Below are positions 45,960 to 56,191 of a DNA stretch of 64,000 bases, one piece after another. Below the pieces are notes generated by a model, which was given only the letters and a program-made list of their open reading frames with translations, made no database searches and had not been told where the DNA came from. The DNA comes from a virus: positions 1 to 64,000 of IMG/VR virus record IMGVR_UViG_3300009130_000012; one strand, 5' to 3'. The position numbers were made by a program, and so were the translations under genes. Numbering within the stretch: position 1 is the stretch's first letter; every line of letters begins with the position of its first letter.

Positions 45960-47174
45960 CTATTTTTTTAATGATTTGTAAAATTCTGCTCTATCGGTAG
46001 TAACTTTACTCAACTCATACTTATCTTTAACAGTATTATGTAAGTTTTCACTCAACATTGTCACTAATTCTGGGTTTTCAATTAACTTCTTAGCGTATTT
46101 AGCCCATAATTTATTATCTTTACCATTGGGTATCAAAAATGCATTACCTTTTTCATTAATAGTACCACCTCTTTCATAAGCGTTAACTAAATCAATTTTA
46201 TATGGTCCTACTTCTGAAGCGATTAATGCTTTTTTATGGAATCCAGACTCAACAACTTTTAATTGAGACTTCATGCAGTTAAATTTATTATTAAATAAGG
46301 GAGCTAAAGATACGTCGAATAAATTATAGTTTGTTGCGTATGAATTAACTGGTTTTGTCCAGACTCTCCTGTATGGCATATCACCAGCGTTAGGATAATC
46401 CTGTTGATTAAAGGATAATAAGTATTGCCTATAAGCTGGGTCAACTGTTTTGTATTTATCTGTAAAAATAGTTTCGTACTCAAACCATACTGTTTCTTGT
46501 GGCATTAGGTTTCTTTGGGTTTTCTCTCCTGTTTCTGGATTTATATTAGTAACTCTACCTCTTGTGTCGAAACCACATAATACCATTTTCATTTTGTCAC
46601 TACAATCAGATTTTAGTTTATTAACCATACCGTCTAATAACTTAATATCATACTTGTGAGACGACCCACCTAACCAACCAAATCTAAGTTTATCACTATC
46701 GGTTGGGTTTGGTACATATTGTGGTTCGTTAATATCAATAGCGTTAGGTAAGACCACAACGTTTTTATTATATTTTTTAATTTCTTGAGCGAATACCTCG
46801 GTTGTTGTAGTCACGTAATCAGCTTTCTTCAAATTATTAACTATTTTGTTACCTAATTTACTTTCTTTAATTAGATGATATGCTGGATGTTTCATATCTG
46901 GTGACCAATAGTCGTCAACATCCATAATAGTAATAACACCAGATTTATTAAGTTTATCAAAAATATCATCCATTAATGGGTAGTCAACAATTGTTTTATG
47001 AAAATGAACGATATCGTAGTTAACTAATTCATTTACATCAATACCTTCATTAGTAAACTTTATATCAACAAAAAATTCTTTTGGGAATAATTCTTGTAAT
47101 TTGGTGTGTGGTTTAATTGTTCTAAACCATCCTACACCAGCTCTATCACTAGCAATTGCTAAAATTTTAATCAT
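45960..47174 (-). CDS. GT-B glycosyltransferase
   Basis: GVGWFR; MDVDDYW; FGWLGGSSHKYD; DVSLAPL..NKFNCMKSQLKVVESG. Confidence 0.85.
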   Translation of the reverse strand: MIKILAIASDRAGVGWFRTIKPHTKLQELFPKEFFVDIKFTNEGIDVNELVNYDIVHFHKTIVDYPLMDDIFDKLNKSGVITIMDVDDYWSPDMKHPAYHLIKESKLGNKIVNNLKKADYVTTTTEVFAQEIKKYNKNVVVLPNAIDINEPQYVPNPTDSDKLRFGWLGGSSHKYDIKLLDGMVNKLKSDCSDKMKMVLCGFDTRGRVTNINPETGEKTQRNLMPQETVWFEYETIFTDKYKTVDPAYRQYLLSFNQQDYPNAGDMPYRRVWTKPVNSYATNYNLFDVSLAPLFNNKFNCMKSQLKVVESGFHKKALIASEVGPYKIDLVNAYERGGTINEKGNAFLIPNGKDNKLWAKYAKKLIENPELVTMLSENLHNTVKDKYELSKVTTDRAEFYKSLKK

Positions 47175-47281
47175 AATAAAAACTTTTATACTTATATTAT
47201 ACTCTATGTTAAAACTTTTTTAAATAAAAAACCCCATAAAAATATGGGGTTAAAAAACAAACTATGAAAAAATAGATTTAC

Positions 47282-47773
47282 CTATTTACGCTTTACTTTT
47301 TTTACTACTTGTTCAGCAACATTTTTTATTACTTGTCCAGAAAATAATTTTAACATTTCTTCTCTAACAATTTCTCTAATTTTTTCTTCTGAAACACCTA
47401 CCAAACCACTTTCATTGATAACTTGTTGTGGCGCTTGTTGAGTAGATTCTGATGTAACACCAGCTTGTTTAGCTATTTCTGCCGCAACAGCATCGTCATT
47501 AGCTACACCACCATTTTGGTTAACTATAATTTGTTTATTTAAAAATGATTCCATAATTTCAGCTGGTAATCCAGATTTTTTAATAGCTTCTTCTTTAAAT
47601 TTTTGTGTACCCATAACTGACTTAGATTGGTACATACTTTTAGGTATTTCTTTATCCGAGCTAGAAGCTACATTACCTCTAGTCTTTGGGTTTACGGTAC
47701 CTTCTTTAGCCATGATTTTCATAGCACCACCTAACGCCCCTGTTAATTTACTTAAATCTACTGGTCCTTCCAT
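47282..47773 (-). CDS. hypothetical protein, possibly head-internal
   Basis: INES...EEKIREIVREEM motif. Confidence 0.7.
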   Translation of the reverse strand: MEGPVDLSKLTGALGGAMKIMAKEGTVNPKTRGNVASSSDKEIPKSMYQSKSVMGTQKFKEEAIKKSGLPAEIMESFLNKQIIVNQNGGVANDDAVAAEIAKQAGVTSESTQQAPQQVINESGLVGVSEEKIREIVREEMLKLFSGQVIKNVAEQVVKKVKRK

Positions 47774-47774
47774 A

Positions 47775-48254
47775 TTAATTTTGTTCTAATTCTTCTTCGT
47801 CTTCAACATCACGTTTAAGTAATGATTGATTTTTTTTAATAATATCATCAAAGTTTATAATTTTGTAAACAGTGCTCATACTTTTATCACCGTTTTCATT
47901 CCATTTTGGAAAGTCTTGACTTAAGTCAGAAATTGGACTATATATTTTAAAGTTAGTCGGTTCCATCTTAATAATCTTATCTAAAATAAAGAATTTCCAA
48001 GCTGGTTTTTTAGTTTTAGTATCACCAAAAGGTTGGAATGCTCTAATGACACGGTTATCAGCTTTTGTTAAACCATACGCATAAATATCTATGGTTCGTT
48101 TACCAGTATTCTGACCATCACCAGAATCATACCATATATTAATCCTTTGTCGGTTATTCATTATGTCGATAACCTTATTAGGAGTCATAACACCTTCGGT
48201 GATAAGCTCACTTTCACTTATAATATTATTTAATATTTTTTCTAGTTTAATCAT
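47775..48254 (-). CDS. WYL-like domain protein
   Basis: RINIWYD...GKRTIDIYAYG...VIRAFQ...WKFFILDKI. Confidence 0.65.
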   Translation of the reverse strand: MIKLEKILNNIISESELITEGVMTPNKVIDIMNNRQRINIWYDSGDGQNTGKRTIDIYAYGLTKADNRVIRAFQPFGDTKTKKPAWKFFILDKIIKMEPTNFKIYSPISDLSQDFPKWNENGDKSMSTVYKIINFDDIIKKNQSLLKRDVEDEEELEQN

Positions 48255-48550
48255 TAAAATGTAACTTCACCAATATTAGCACTTGTATCTGGAGCTTCAT
48301 ATCCTTTATCGCTATTATATTGGTTTCTAGCTTTTAATGTAATTCTTTCAATCTCATCAGTTTCAGTACCCCCATTATAAGTGTCTAAATAAGCTTCAGT
48401 ACCCCTACCTTTATTATCACCATCACTTTTAGCGTTAGGGTGATTAGCACTATAACCGTTAGAATCATCTGAACTGTTATATTCGTTTCTAGCTATTAAT
48501 TGTCGTCTAGCTAAAATTGCTGCTTCTTCTAATTTACTTTGTGTTGCCAT
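48254..48550 (-). CDS. hypothetical protein
   Basis: 98 aa; internal repeat ARNEYNS / ARNQYNS. Confidence 0.7.
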   Translation of the reverse strand: MATQSKLEEAAILARRQLIARNEYNSSDDSNGYSANHPNAKSDGDNKGRGTEAYLDTYNGGTETDEIERITLKARNQYNSDKGYEAPDTSANIGEVTF

Positions 48551-48561
48551 ATTTTTAAAGT

Positions 48562-49056
48562 TTATTTTTTATCTAGTTTTTCTATTAGGTTAACAATACG
48601 CTTTCTAGTTTGTTCGTATGTAACCTCATCATTATAAATATCCCTTCCTTTTGAAGATTTGTGTACTTTTGGTATTCTAACTTTAGTTGGGTTAACGTTT
48701 TGGTCTTTTGTATGAGTCTTAATATAAGCGTTTTCCATACCAGCATCTTTCTTAGCTCGTTTAACGTTATTTATTGCCTCTCTAGCGACTTTAAGTGCAT
48801 TATCGACCCATTTTTGCATTCTATCACCACCATTTAATTTATACTCATCATCTGATTTATCACCGTCATAATCGTCAAAGTAATTTTTGATGCGTTTCAT
48901 TTGTTGGTACGATACTTTGTCACCATCTAATAAATCAGACAAACGTTTATACCCTGCAGTGTCTATACTACCATCAAACTTTTCTTTAATTCCTTTTAAA
49001 TCATTGTAAAGTCCTTCTGGTATTTTAAATTTTCTATCTTTTAAATCTTTATTCAT
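48562..49056 (-). CDS. hypothetical protein
   Basis: 164-aa ORF; VSYQQMKRIKNYFD...GGDRMQKWV. Confidence 0.7.
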   Translation of the reverse strand: MNKDLKDRKFKIPEGLYNDLKGIKEKFDGSIDTAGYKRLSDLLDGDKVSYQQMKRIKNYFDDYDGDKSDDEYKLNGGDRMQKWVDNALKVAREAINNVKRAKKDAGMENAYIKTHTKDQNVNPTKVRIPKVHKSSKGRDIYNDEVTYEQTRKRIVNLIEKLDKK

Positions 49057-49478
49057 TACGATTCTTTAATTTTTTTAATTAATTCATCAATAATCGCATC
49101 CGCACCCATCTTTTCAATTTCGGTACTAAGAGATTTAACAATTTTATTTATTTTACTACTAATATCATCTTTATCTAAAATATCAGAATTTTTAGCTCGG
49201 TCTCTTAATACATTTTCGATAGTATCTTTAAGGCTTTCACCAACTCTAACTAAACCTCTAGAATAACCAGTTCCACCATAACCATACATATCTCTATGTT
49301 GTGACGTTTCTTTTTCAAATTCATCAGTTGTTTGAGTTGTCATGGTAGTAATTTCACTATCATTGGATAGGTTTTTATCATCACCATCAATCATATTACC
49401 TTCAGCATCAACTAACTCTTCAATTTCTTCTTTATGGTTATATTTTAATAAGTCTTTTTTCTTAATTACCTTTTTCAT
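49056..49478 (-). CDS. hypothetical protein
   Basis: 140 aa; TATTTAT upstream on the minus strand. Confidence 0.7.
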   Translation of the reverse strand: MKKVIKKKDLLKYNHKEEIEELVDAEGNMIDGDDKNLSNDSEITTMTTQTTDEFEKETSQHRDMYGYGGTGYSRGLVRVGESLKDTIENVLRDRAKNSDILDKDDISSKINKIVKSLSTEIEKMGADAIIDELIKKIKES

Positions 49479-49543
49479 GATAAAAGTACTTTATTAATAA
49501 ATATAATAATAAGTAACAATATATTTATATTAAAAGAAATAAG

Positions 49544-51508
49544 ATGGGATTCATCACTAAATTAGATTATTCAGACAATAGACAGATACGTCAAAGGGTA
49601 GAAACTCAAACTCAACTTTCTGGTGGTACTACATTCGGAGTTCCTTATACTGAGTTAGTTAGAGGTGTTGATGATTCTACTACTGGGGTGACATCTACTA
49701 GTAGTGGTGTGACATCTACTTTTTCTGGTAACACTGGTACTACTATATTCTTTTTTGGTGATACTAGAATGGAATTAGCTGGTGCTGATTTAGAACCCAT
49801 AACACCTAGTAATAGTGGGGACACTCAAAATGCTGGTGTCACATATACTGGTGATACCACGACTATAGTGAATAATAATCAAGTGTTTTTGACGTATACT
49901 GGAATTGGTTACAATTTAATAGTAACTAATTTTGAAGAGGTTTCTGCTGGGAATTATACTGGGGAAACAACAAGTGATTTAACTTTTTATAGTGGTAATA
50001 CTGCAGATTACACTGGTAGTACTGTATGGTTAACTTCTGAAGATTCAGCAAGAGTAAAAGGTGTGTTATATGCTAACGTATTAAGTGCCACTACTATAGT
50101 AGGGACAACAATTAGTGGAGTTACTGATAATTTTACTACTGGTTCAACACTTGTTGGTTCTACTGCGTATTTTAATAGAACTGATAGTCTTAGTGCTTAC
50201 ACTCTTGATTTGTCGTCATTAGTTGTAAATGATAATTTTACTACTGGTTCAACACTTGTTGGTAATACGTTGTATTTTAATAGAACTGATAGTCTTTCAG
50301 CGTATACTGCTGATTTATCATCACTGGGTGGAGTTTCGTATGGTGTGTGTGCTGTATATAACTCTGGTGGTACACCAACTTATTATTCTGATTTAAGTGC
50401 AGCTATAACTGCTGCTAGTGCTGGAGATACTGTACAAATTTATTCAGACATTACAGAAACAGGAGCAGTTACTATAACTTGTAAAAACGGTGTTAACATT
50501 AACTTCAACGGATTTACTTATACGTTAAACAACGCAGGTACAGATAACGCTTTTTCAGTACCTGCTGGTGTGTCAATGGAAATGTTTAACGGTAAGGTTT
50601 TAAGGTCAGGTGGAACAGGTTCGGTTTCTAACAGTTTAGCAATTCACACAACAGGAGCGGGAACATTCAAGGCTAATAACATGGTCTTTGAAAGTGATTT
50701 TGGAACTGCTGGACATGTTGGAAATTCTGCGAGAAGTTTTTACGGTGGAGTTTTTTACAGTTCGGATAGAGGTTTTTATTTAAGTAACGGAAACCTTTAT
50801 AACGCAATTTGCAACGGTGGAACTAATGCAGGCTTGCAAATACAAAATAATGGAAAGGCTTATAGTTGTGAAGGTTACTCAAGTAGTAGTTATGGTATTT
50901 TCAATAATACTAGTAATGCTTATTTTTGCGTAGGTCGCTCAGATGGAAATTACGGTTTTTGGGGTGCTGGTGGAAATTCTCACGATTGTAAAGGTTACTC
51001 AACTGCTAACATAGGTACTTACATATCTGCTAGCGGCTCTTTTTCCAATATTTACGGTTTTTCTTCATCTTCTTATGGTGTGAGAATATTGGGTAATGGC
51101 GTAGGGGTTATAGGTTATTCAACGGCTTCTCAAGGGGTTTACTATTCTAACGGAGGTGGAAGTAGCCATGTAATCCAAGATGTAAAAGCTTCTTCAACAG
51201 CTGCTGCTGGTATGTATATTTTATTAAATGCTGGTAAGGTTGAGTTTTCTAATTTAGATGTAGGTTCAAGATGGAATGATGTTTCGGGACATGGAATAAT
51301 AGTTAGTGGTTCTGATAATGATATAATTTTAAATGGAGGTAGTATAAGGGTTGAAAATGCTTCAGCTAATTGTTTGTATAATAATGTAGCTAAAAGTTGT
51401 TATTTTAATAACCTTAGTTTTGTAAATTCAACAACGGCAGTTAATGCTAATATTACAAACTTACAAACTAATACATCTGATGATTACGGTAATATTTTAG
51501 TAGGATAA
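49544..51508 (+). CDS. tail-fibre/tailspike-like protein with beta-helix-like C-terminal domain
   Basis: T/S/G-rich N-half; DLSAAITAASAGDTVQI; short G-Y/F-S repeats. Confidence 0.75.
   Translation: MGFITKLDYSDNRQIRQRVETQTQLSGGTTFGVPYTELVRGVDDSTTGVTSTSSGVTSTFSGNTGTTIFFFGDTRMELAGADLEPITPSNSGDTQNAGVTYTGDTTTIVNNNQVFLTYTGIGYNLIVTNFEEVSAGNYTGETTSDLTFYSGNTADYTGSTVWLTSEDSARVKGVLYANVLSATTIVGTTISGVTDNFTTGSTLVGSTAYFNRTDSLSAYTLDLSSLVVNDNFTTGSTLVGNTLYFNRTDSLSAYTADLSSLGGVSYGVCAVYNSGGTPTYYSDLSAAITAASAGDTVQIYSDITETGAVTITCKNGVNINFNGFTYTLNNAGTDNAFSVPAGVSMEMFNGKVLRSGGTGSVSNSLAIHTTGAGTFKANNMVFESDFGTAGHVGNSARSFYGGVFYSSDRGFYLSNGNLYNAICNGGTNAGLQIQNNGKAYSCEGYSSSSYGIFNNTSNAYFCVGRSDGNYGFWGAGGNSHDCKGYSTANIGTYISASGSFSNIYGFSSSSYGVRILGNGVGVIGYSTASQGVYYSNGGGSSHVIQDVKASSTAAAGMYILLNAGKVEFSNLDVGSRWNDVSGHGIIVSGSDNDIILNGGSIRVENASANCLYNNVAKSCYFNNLSFVNSTTAVNANITNLQTNTSDDYGNILVG
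50125..50326 (+). repeat. 105-nt-period tandem duplication inside the fibre gene
   Basis: two copies of DNFTTGSTLVG..YFNRTDSLSAYT.DLSSL, starting at 50125 and 50230. Confidence 0.9.
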
Positions 51509-51527
51509 TAAATAAAAAATAAATAAA

Positions 51528-51716
51528 ATGACAAAAATATTAAATCAAATAGTAGTACAAAATAATGTAGAAGGTATTGAAAAACGTATTATTATTCAAT
51601 ACACTAATGATGTTACAGAAGAAAGTTCACAAGTTATAGTTGATTACAACTCATTAACAGCAGAAGAAAAAGCTACTTACGATGCTTTCATTATATTAAA
51701 TAATTCTAAAATATAA
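51528..51716 (+). CDS. small protein, possibly a fibre chaperone
   Basis: 62 aa; follows the fibre gene. Confidence 0.65.
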   Translation: MTKILNQIVVQNNVEGIEKRIIIQYTNDVTEESSQVIVDYNSLTAEEKATYDAFIILNNSKI

Positions 51717-51722
51717 TAGAAT

Positions 51723-52304
51723 ATGGCAATAACAACAGTAAATAGTGGAGTTAACCAAAAAAAAGGTATTACATATACTCATATAACAGATTCGTCAGTT
51801 GACTGGACTGGTGTTACTAATGATACCTATTTCTATGATAAAGCTACTGATTTACCATATTATAAGAATTCTGGTGGTACAGTAATATCAGTATTTGAAG
51901 GTGGTGCTCCTTCTTTAAATAACGGAGAAGTATTTGTGGGTAATGCATCTAATGAAGCTACTTCTGTAGCGATGAGTGGAGATGTTGCCATTACTAACGC
52001 TGGTGTTACCACAATACAGTCTGACGCTGTTACTTATGATAAGATGCAAGATACTACTCAAGCAGCTTTATTAGGTAACGATAACCCAGCTGGAGGTACA
52101 GTTAATGAAATTCCAATAGTTGACCAATATTTAGCAACTGGTACAGTAACAGCTTTATTAGAAAATACTTCTAACTGGGATGTAAACGGAAATTACACAG
52201 GAGCATCAATAACAGCAACATACCAAGGTCAATCACACTATGATGGTAACTATTGGTTTACTGCAGTAGCTGATAACGTTTGGATAAGATTAATTAGAGG
52301 ATAA
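51723..52304 (+). CDS. fibre-associated structural protein
   Basis: VFVGNASN...MSGDVAITNAGVTTIQSDAVTYDKM fibre-like repeat. Confidence 0.7.
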   Translation: MAITTVNSGVNQKKGITYTHITDSSVDWTGVTNDTYFYDKATDLPYYKNSGGTVISVFEGGAPSLNNGEVFVGNASNEATSVAMSGDVAITNAGVTTIQSDAVTYDKMQDTTQAALLGNDNPAGGTVNEIPIVDQYLATGTVTALLENTSNWDVNGNYTGASITATYQGQSHYDGNYWFTAVADNVWIRLIRG

Positions 52305-52308
52305 AATT

Positions 52309-53931
52309 ATGGCAGTATTATTAAGAAATAGTGGAGGTCAAGTTGTTACAAGTTCAGTAGAAAGGGAGAAGTATGTTAGAAATCCCGAATATTTAGATTT
52401 ACCTACTTTAGTTAATGGGGATGAAAAAATATACTTGTTAGCAAAAATTTATGAAAATGCTAATTACTTTAGTTTATATGCTACAGGTAATTTTCAAATT
52501 GATTGGGGTGATGGACAAGGTGTTCAAACATATACATCAGGTACTTATGCTGATTACGAAATAGATTGGAATAACATATCTTCAAGTACTGTAACGACTT
52601 ATGGATACAGACAAGCCATTATAACAATAGAGCCACAAGCAGGTGCGAGTTTAACAACTTTTAAATGTGGTATTGGAGCTAATACTAATGACCCTTCTAA
52701 TTATAACCCTCATATAGTTGATTGTAAAATGGCAGGGCAGAACTTTACAAGTTTTTATCAGACATTTAGCACTAATTATGGATTAGAACAATTTGAATTT
52801 GTTGGAACAGCTCCTAATTTAACTAATGTGCGTCTTATGTTTAAATCAAACCCATTTTTGAAAAAGATAGTAAGTTTAGACACTTCAAATGTTACAAATT
52901 TTGATGACTTTTTATCATCTTGTGGTGAATTAATAGAAGTACCAAAATTTGATTTATCAAGTGCTACTAATGTTAATAATATGTTTGAAAACAATAGTAA
53001 AATCACATACCTTGAACCTTATGATTTAGATAATGATGCACCTAACTTAACGAGTATAATTAATATGTTTGATGGGTTACCACTTGTAAATGTTCCAATA
53101 ACAAGTGCAAGTAATATCACAAGTTTTTATAGTGCATTTAATGGAAATAAATTTAAAACATTCAATGTGCCTTGCCCTGCGGCTACTAATACATCTTATA
53201 TGTTTTATCTAAATAGTGAATTGGAATCAGTTGGAACATCTTTTCCAAATACAATTACAAGCTCAAATTTTATGTTTGCTAATTGTTCAAAATTAAAAAA
53301 TATAACACCTTTTGATACTTCAAATATTACAAATTGTTCTTATATGTTTTATGGTACAAATTCATTAAAAGATGTGTCTTGGGCAAACTTTACTTCAGCT
53401 ACAAATACTACTGAGTTATATCAAGCATCAAGAATTGAAAAGATAGGTACAATTAATACTTCAGTTACTGTAACAAGTAGTGAAATGTTTTACAATAACA
53501 AATATATTATAAACCCCTCATCAATGGATAATGTAAGAGTAAGTAGGTTGTATAGAATGTTTAGAAGTTGTGTGAATTTAGAGAGAGTTCCATTAATGGA
53601 TGTTAGTGCTGTAACTGATATCAGGCAATCATTTGGAGCTTGTTATAAAATAACTTCATTTCCAGCTTTTGATTTTAGTGGTGTAACTTTATCTGACACT
53701 AATACTTTTAGTAATTGTTATAGTTTAAGAGAAAGTAATATTTATGGATTAACCAAAACACATAGTTATAATGGGTGTCAATTAGATAGAGATGCTATTG
53801 TGAATATCTTTAATAACTTAGGAACAGCAGTATCACAAACTATTTATGTTCAAAGTAATCCTGGTTCAGCTAATTTAACTGCAGGTGATATAGCAATAGC
53901 AACGGGTAAAGGTTGGACAGTAGTAAATTAA
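52309..53931 (+). CDS. BspA/DUF285-type leucine-rich repeat protein (putative adhesin)
   Basis: IDWGDG; repeated (F)DTSNVTN..MF..C..L units; IAIATGKGWTV terminus. Confidence 0.8.
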   Translation: MAVLLRNSGGQVVTSSVEREKYVRNPEYLDLPTLVNGDEKIYLLAKIYENANYFSLYATGNFQIDWGDGQGVQTYTSGTYADYEIDWNNISSSTVTTYGYRQAIITIEPQAGASLTTFKCGIGANTNDPSNYNPHIVDCKMAGQNFTSFYQTFSTNYGLEQFEFVGTAPNLTNVRLMFKSNPFLKKIVSLDTSNVTNFDDFLSSCGELIEVPKFDLSSATNVNNMFENNSKITYLEPYDLDNDAPNLTSIINMFDGLPLVNVPITSASNITSFYSAFNGNKFKTFNVPCPAATNTSYMFYLNSELESVGTSFPNTITSSNFMFANCSKLKNITPFDTSNITNCSYMFYGTNSLKDVSWANFTSATNTTELYQASRIEKIGTINTSVTVTSSEMFYNNKYIINPSSMDNVRVSRLYRMFRSCVNLERVPLMDVSAVTDIRQSFGACYKITSFPAFDFSGVTLSDTNTFSNCYSLRESNIYGLTKTHSYNGCQLDRDAIVNIFNNLGTAVSQTIYVQSNPGSANLTAGDIAIATGKGWTVVN

Positions 53932-53941
53932 ATAAAAGATT

Positions 53942-54115
53942 ATGTTTTATAAATACATACAAGAAGAAGATATATGGGCTACAGGAAGTAAAATAAGTTT
54001 TCCTGACGGTGTGGTTTTATCTTCTGATAACAGAGTAGAAAAGAACGGTTGGAAGTGGTATGATACACCTCCAGCTGAATATAATAAATGGTTAGAACAA
54101 CAACAAAATATTTAA
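53942..54115 (+). CDS. 57-aa protein (not in the ORF track)
   Basis: MFYKYIQEEDIWATGSKISFPDG...NGWKWYDTPPAEY...QNI; fills the gap. Confidence 0.7.
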   Translation: MFYKYIQEEDIWATGSKISFPDGVVLSSDNRVEKNGWKWYDTPPAEYNKWLEQQQNI

Positions 54116-54118
54116 GAT

Positions 54119-54628
54119 ATGAGTGCAACACCAAATGTAAATCTGTTAAAGATAAAAGGAAATAAATTTGATGCTACCGCCGCACCTACAGCTACTGATG
54201 ATAGCGCATCTGGGTATTATGTAGGTTCGATTTGGGTTGATGTCACAAATGATAGAGTTTATGTATGTGTTGATAACACAGCTACAAGTGCTATTTGGAA
54301 ACTTATTAGTAAATTGTCAGTACAAGAAACCACCTCTACAGCTACATTTACAATAGATGCAGACAAACAAAGTGAGGGAGTATTAACAGCAATGGCAGTA
54401 GCCACAACTATAGCGGCTCCAACGGGTAGCCCGTCTCAAGGTCAAAATTTAATTTTTAGATTTAAAGATGATGGAACATCAAGAACATTGACTTGGAATG
54501 CTATATTTAGAGTGATAGGAGTAACTCTACCAACTGCAACAACAGCAAGTAAAACACTTTACGTTGGTTGTAAGTATAATTCAACAGATACTAAATGGGA
54601 TGTTGTTGCGGTAAAAGAAGAAGTGTAA
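54119..54628 (+). CDS. structural/fibre protein
   Basis: APTATDDSASGYYVGSIWVD; FRFKDDGTSRTLTWNA...KWDVVAV. Confidence 0.7.
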   Translation: MSATPNVNLLKIKGNKFDATAAPTATDDSASGYYVGSIWVDVTNDRVYVCVDNTATSAIWKLISKLSVQETTSTATFTIDADKQSEGVLTAMAVATTIAAPTGSPSQGQNLIFRFKDDGTSRTLTWNAIFRVIGVTLPTATTASKTLYVGCKYNSTDTKWDVVAVKEEV

Positions 54629-54643
54629 AATAATAAAATAAAA

Positions 54644-54925
54644 ATGATTACGATTATAAGTAAAATTGAATTAGAAGGTACGAATAACCTAAAATATACA
54701 GATGTTGGTTATACATCTGATGAAATTATAATTACTCAGATTAATGAAAATTATGATAGTACATTAGGTAAGTTTCTGGGTGAAAACAGAACTAAGTTAG
54801 AAATAGGAGGGGTATCAATTAGTACATTTTTTGTGTCTAATACCTACGTAAATGAAGCGAGAGCAACGTTAGAAGATACATCTGAATTAAGTCTAATTGA
54901 GATAACAGATATAAATCAATTATAA
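54644..54925 (+). CDS. hypothetical protein
   Basis: 93-aa ORF within the operon. Confidence 0.7.
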   Translation: MITIISKIELEGTNNLKYTDVGYTSDEIIITQINENYDSTLGKFLGENRTKLEIGGVSISTFFVSNTYVNEARATLEDTSELSLIEITDINQL

Positions 54926-54926
54926 T

Positions 54927-55595
54927 ATGGCAGCACCTGTAAGTGTAAATAGTTTTAATGCAAACCCAACTCCTGGTAATAATTTTTATCAGTTTAGTTA
55001 TAACGTTGCGGCTGGTAGTGATAGATTGTTAATCATTCAATTAACAATGGCTAACACCGTTAATTATGCGGGTTGTACGTATGATGGAGTCGCAATGACA
55101 CAATTATATAATAATAATAGAAGTGGATTGAGTCAGCGTATGGCTTTCTTTTATATTCTTAACCCTAATACGGGAAACAACACTTTAAGAATTAATTTTA
55201 GTGCTAACCAATGGAACCCTATTTCTATTCACGTAAGAAATTTCACAGGAAGTGGAGGAATTGGAAACAATGGTAGAACAGGGGGGGTAACAACGCCAAA
55301 TACTCAAACTTTAACGGTGTCTCAAGATAGTAGAGTTATGGGAACGGCGTGTTCTTCTAATGTAATAAGTACTATTCAGTTACCGCAAGGGGATAACAGA
55401 AGTTTTGCCACTCATAATACCAATAGGCAAGTAGGCACAGGTGCTATTTCTGCTTCTTCTGGTTTGGCTGCTGGAACATATAATATTAGAACTACGGCTA
55501 CTTTTGGAAGTATAACTAATGATAGGGTAGAAATATTAGGCTTAGGTGCTACACCCCCTAGCAGTGATAATGGTGATTTCTTTTTAGTGATGTAA
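54927..55595 (+). CDS. probable structural beta-sandwich protein
   Basis: AGSDRLLII...TYDGVAMT...FYILNP. Confidence 0.7.
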   Translation: MAAPVSVNSFNANPTPGNNFYQFSYNVAAGSDRLLIIQLTMANTVNYAGCTYDGVAMTQLYNNNRSGLSQRMAFFYILNPNTGNNTLRINFSANQWNPISIHVRNFTGSGGIGNNGRTGGVTTPNTQTLTVSQDSRVMGTACSSNVISTIQLPQGDNRSFATHNTNRQVGTGAISASSGLAAGTYNIRTTATFGSITNDRVEILGLGATPPSSDNGDFFLVM

Positions 55596-55668
55596 AAACG
55601 AATTTAGATTAAAAAATCACATAAATTTTTATAAAAAATAAACTATTTATATAAAAACATTTTTAAAA

Positions 55669-56166
55669 ATGAGTAAAGTTCAATTAAAAGCCGAAGATTT
55701 AAAACCAGAGTCGTTAAGTGCAACTGGTAGACAAATGTATGGATTAGATGAATATGTTTATATTAAATCATTTAAATATGATGACAATAATAACATCCAA
55801 GTAAATTTCTATGTATTAGTTAAAATAGATGAAGATAATTTTGATTTAATCGCAAATGTTTCTACACCAGATTACAAATATTCTATTGCTGACGGTAAAT
55901 CATTTACTGATGTTTATGGTTATAACGTTTACGCTGTTGATGGTAGTGGTAATACCATTTATGAGGATGTTGAGGTGATGTCGGTAGACGAATCTGGTAA
56001 TACAATAACAAATATTGTTAGTCAACCAAAGAAGAGAACTAATGATTTTACTAGAAACTTTACCGCATTTTCAACTTTAATTATTCCATTAATTTTTGCC
56101 GATATAAAAAACTATTTAGGATACCATGCTAATGAAAATGGTGTACTAGACCAAATCCCAGAATAA
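55669..56166 (+). CDS. hypothetical protein
   Basis: 165 aa; TATTTAT upstream. Confidence 0.7.
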   Translation: MSKVQLKAEDLKPESLSATGRQMYGLDEYVYIKSFKYDDNNNIQVNFYVLVKIDEDNFDLIANVSTPDYKYSIADGKSFTDVYGYNVYAVDGSGNTIYEDVEVMSVDESGNTITNIVSQPKKRTNDFTRNFTAFSTLIIPLIFADIKNYLGYHANENGVLDQIPE

Positions 56167-56191
56167 TAATAGAATATAATGTCTATACTTA

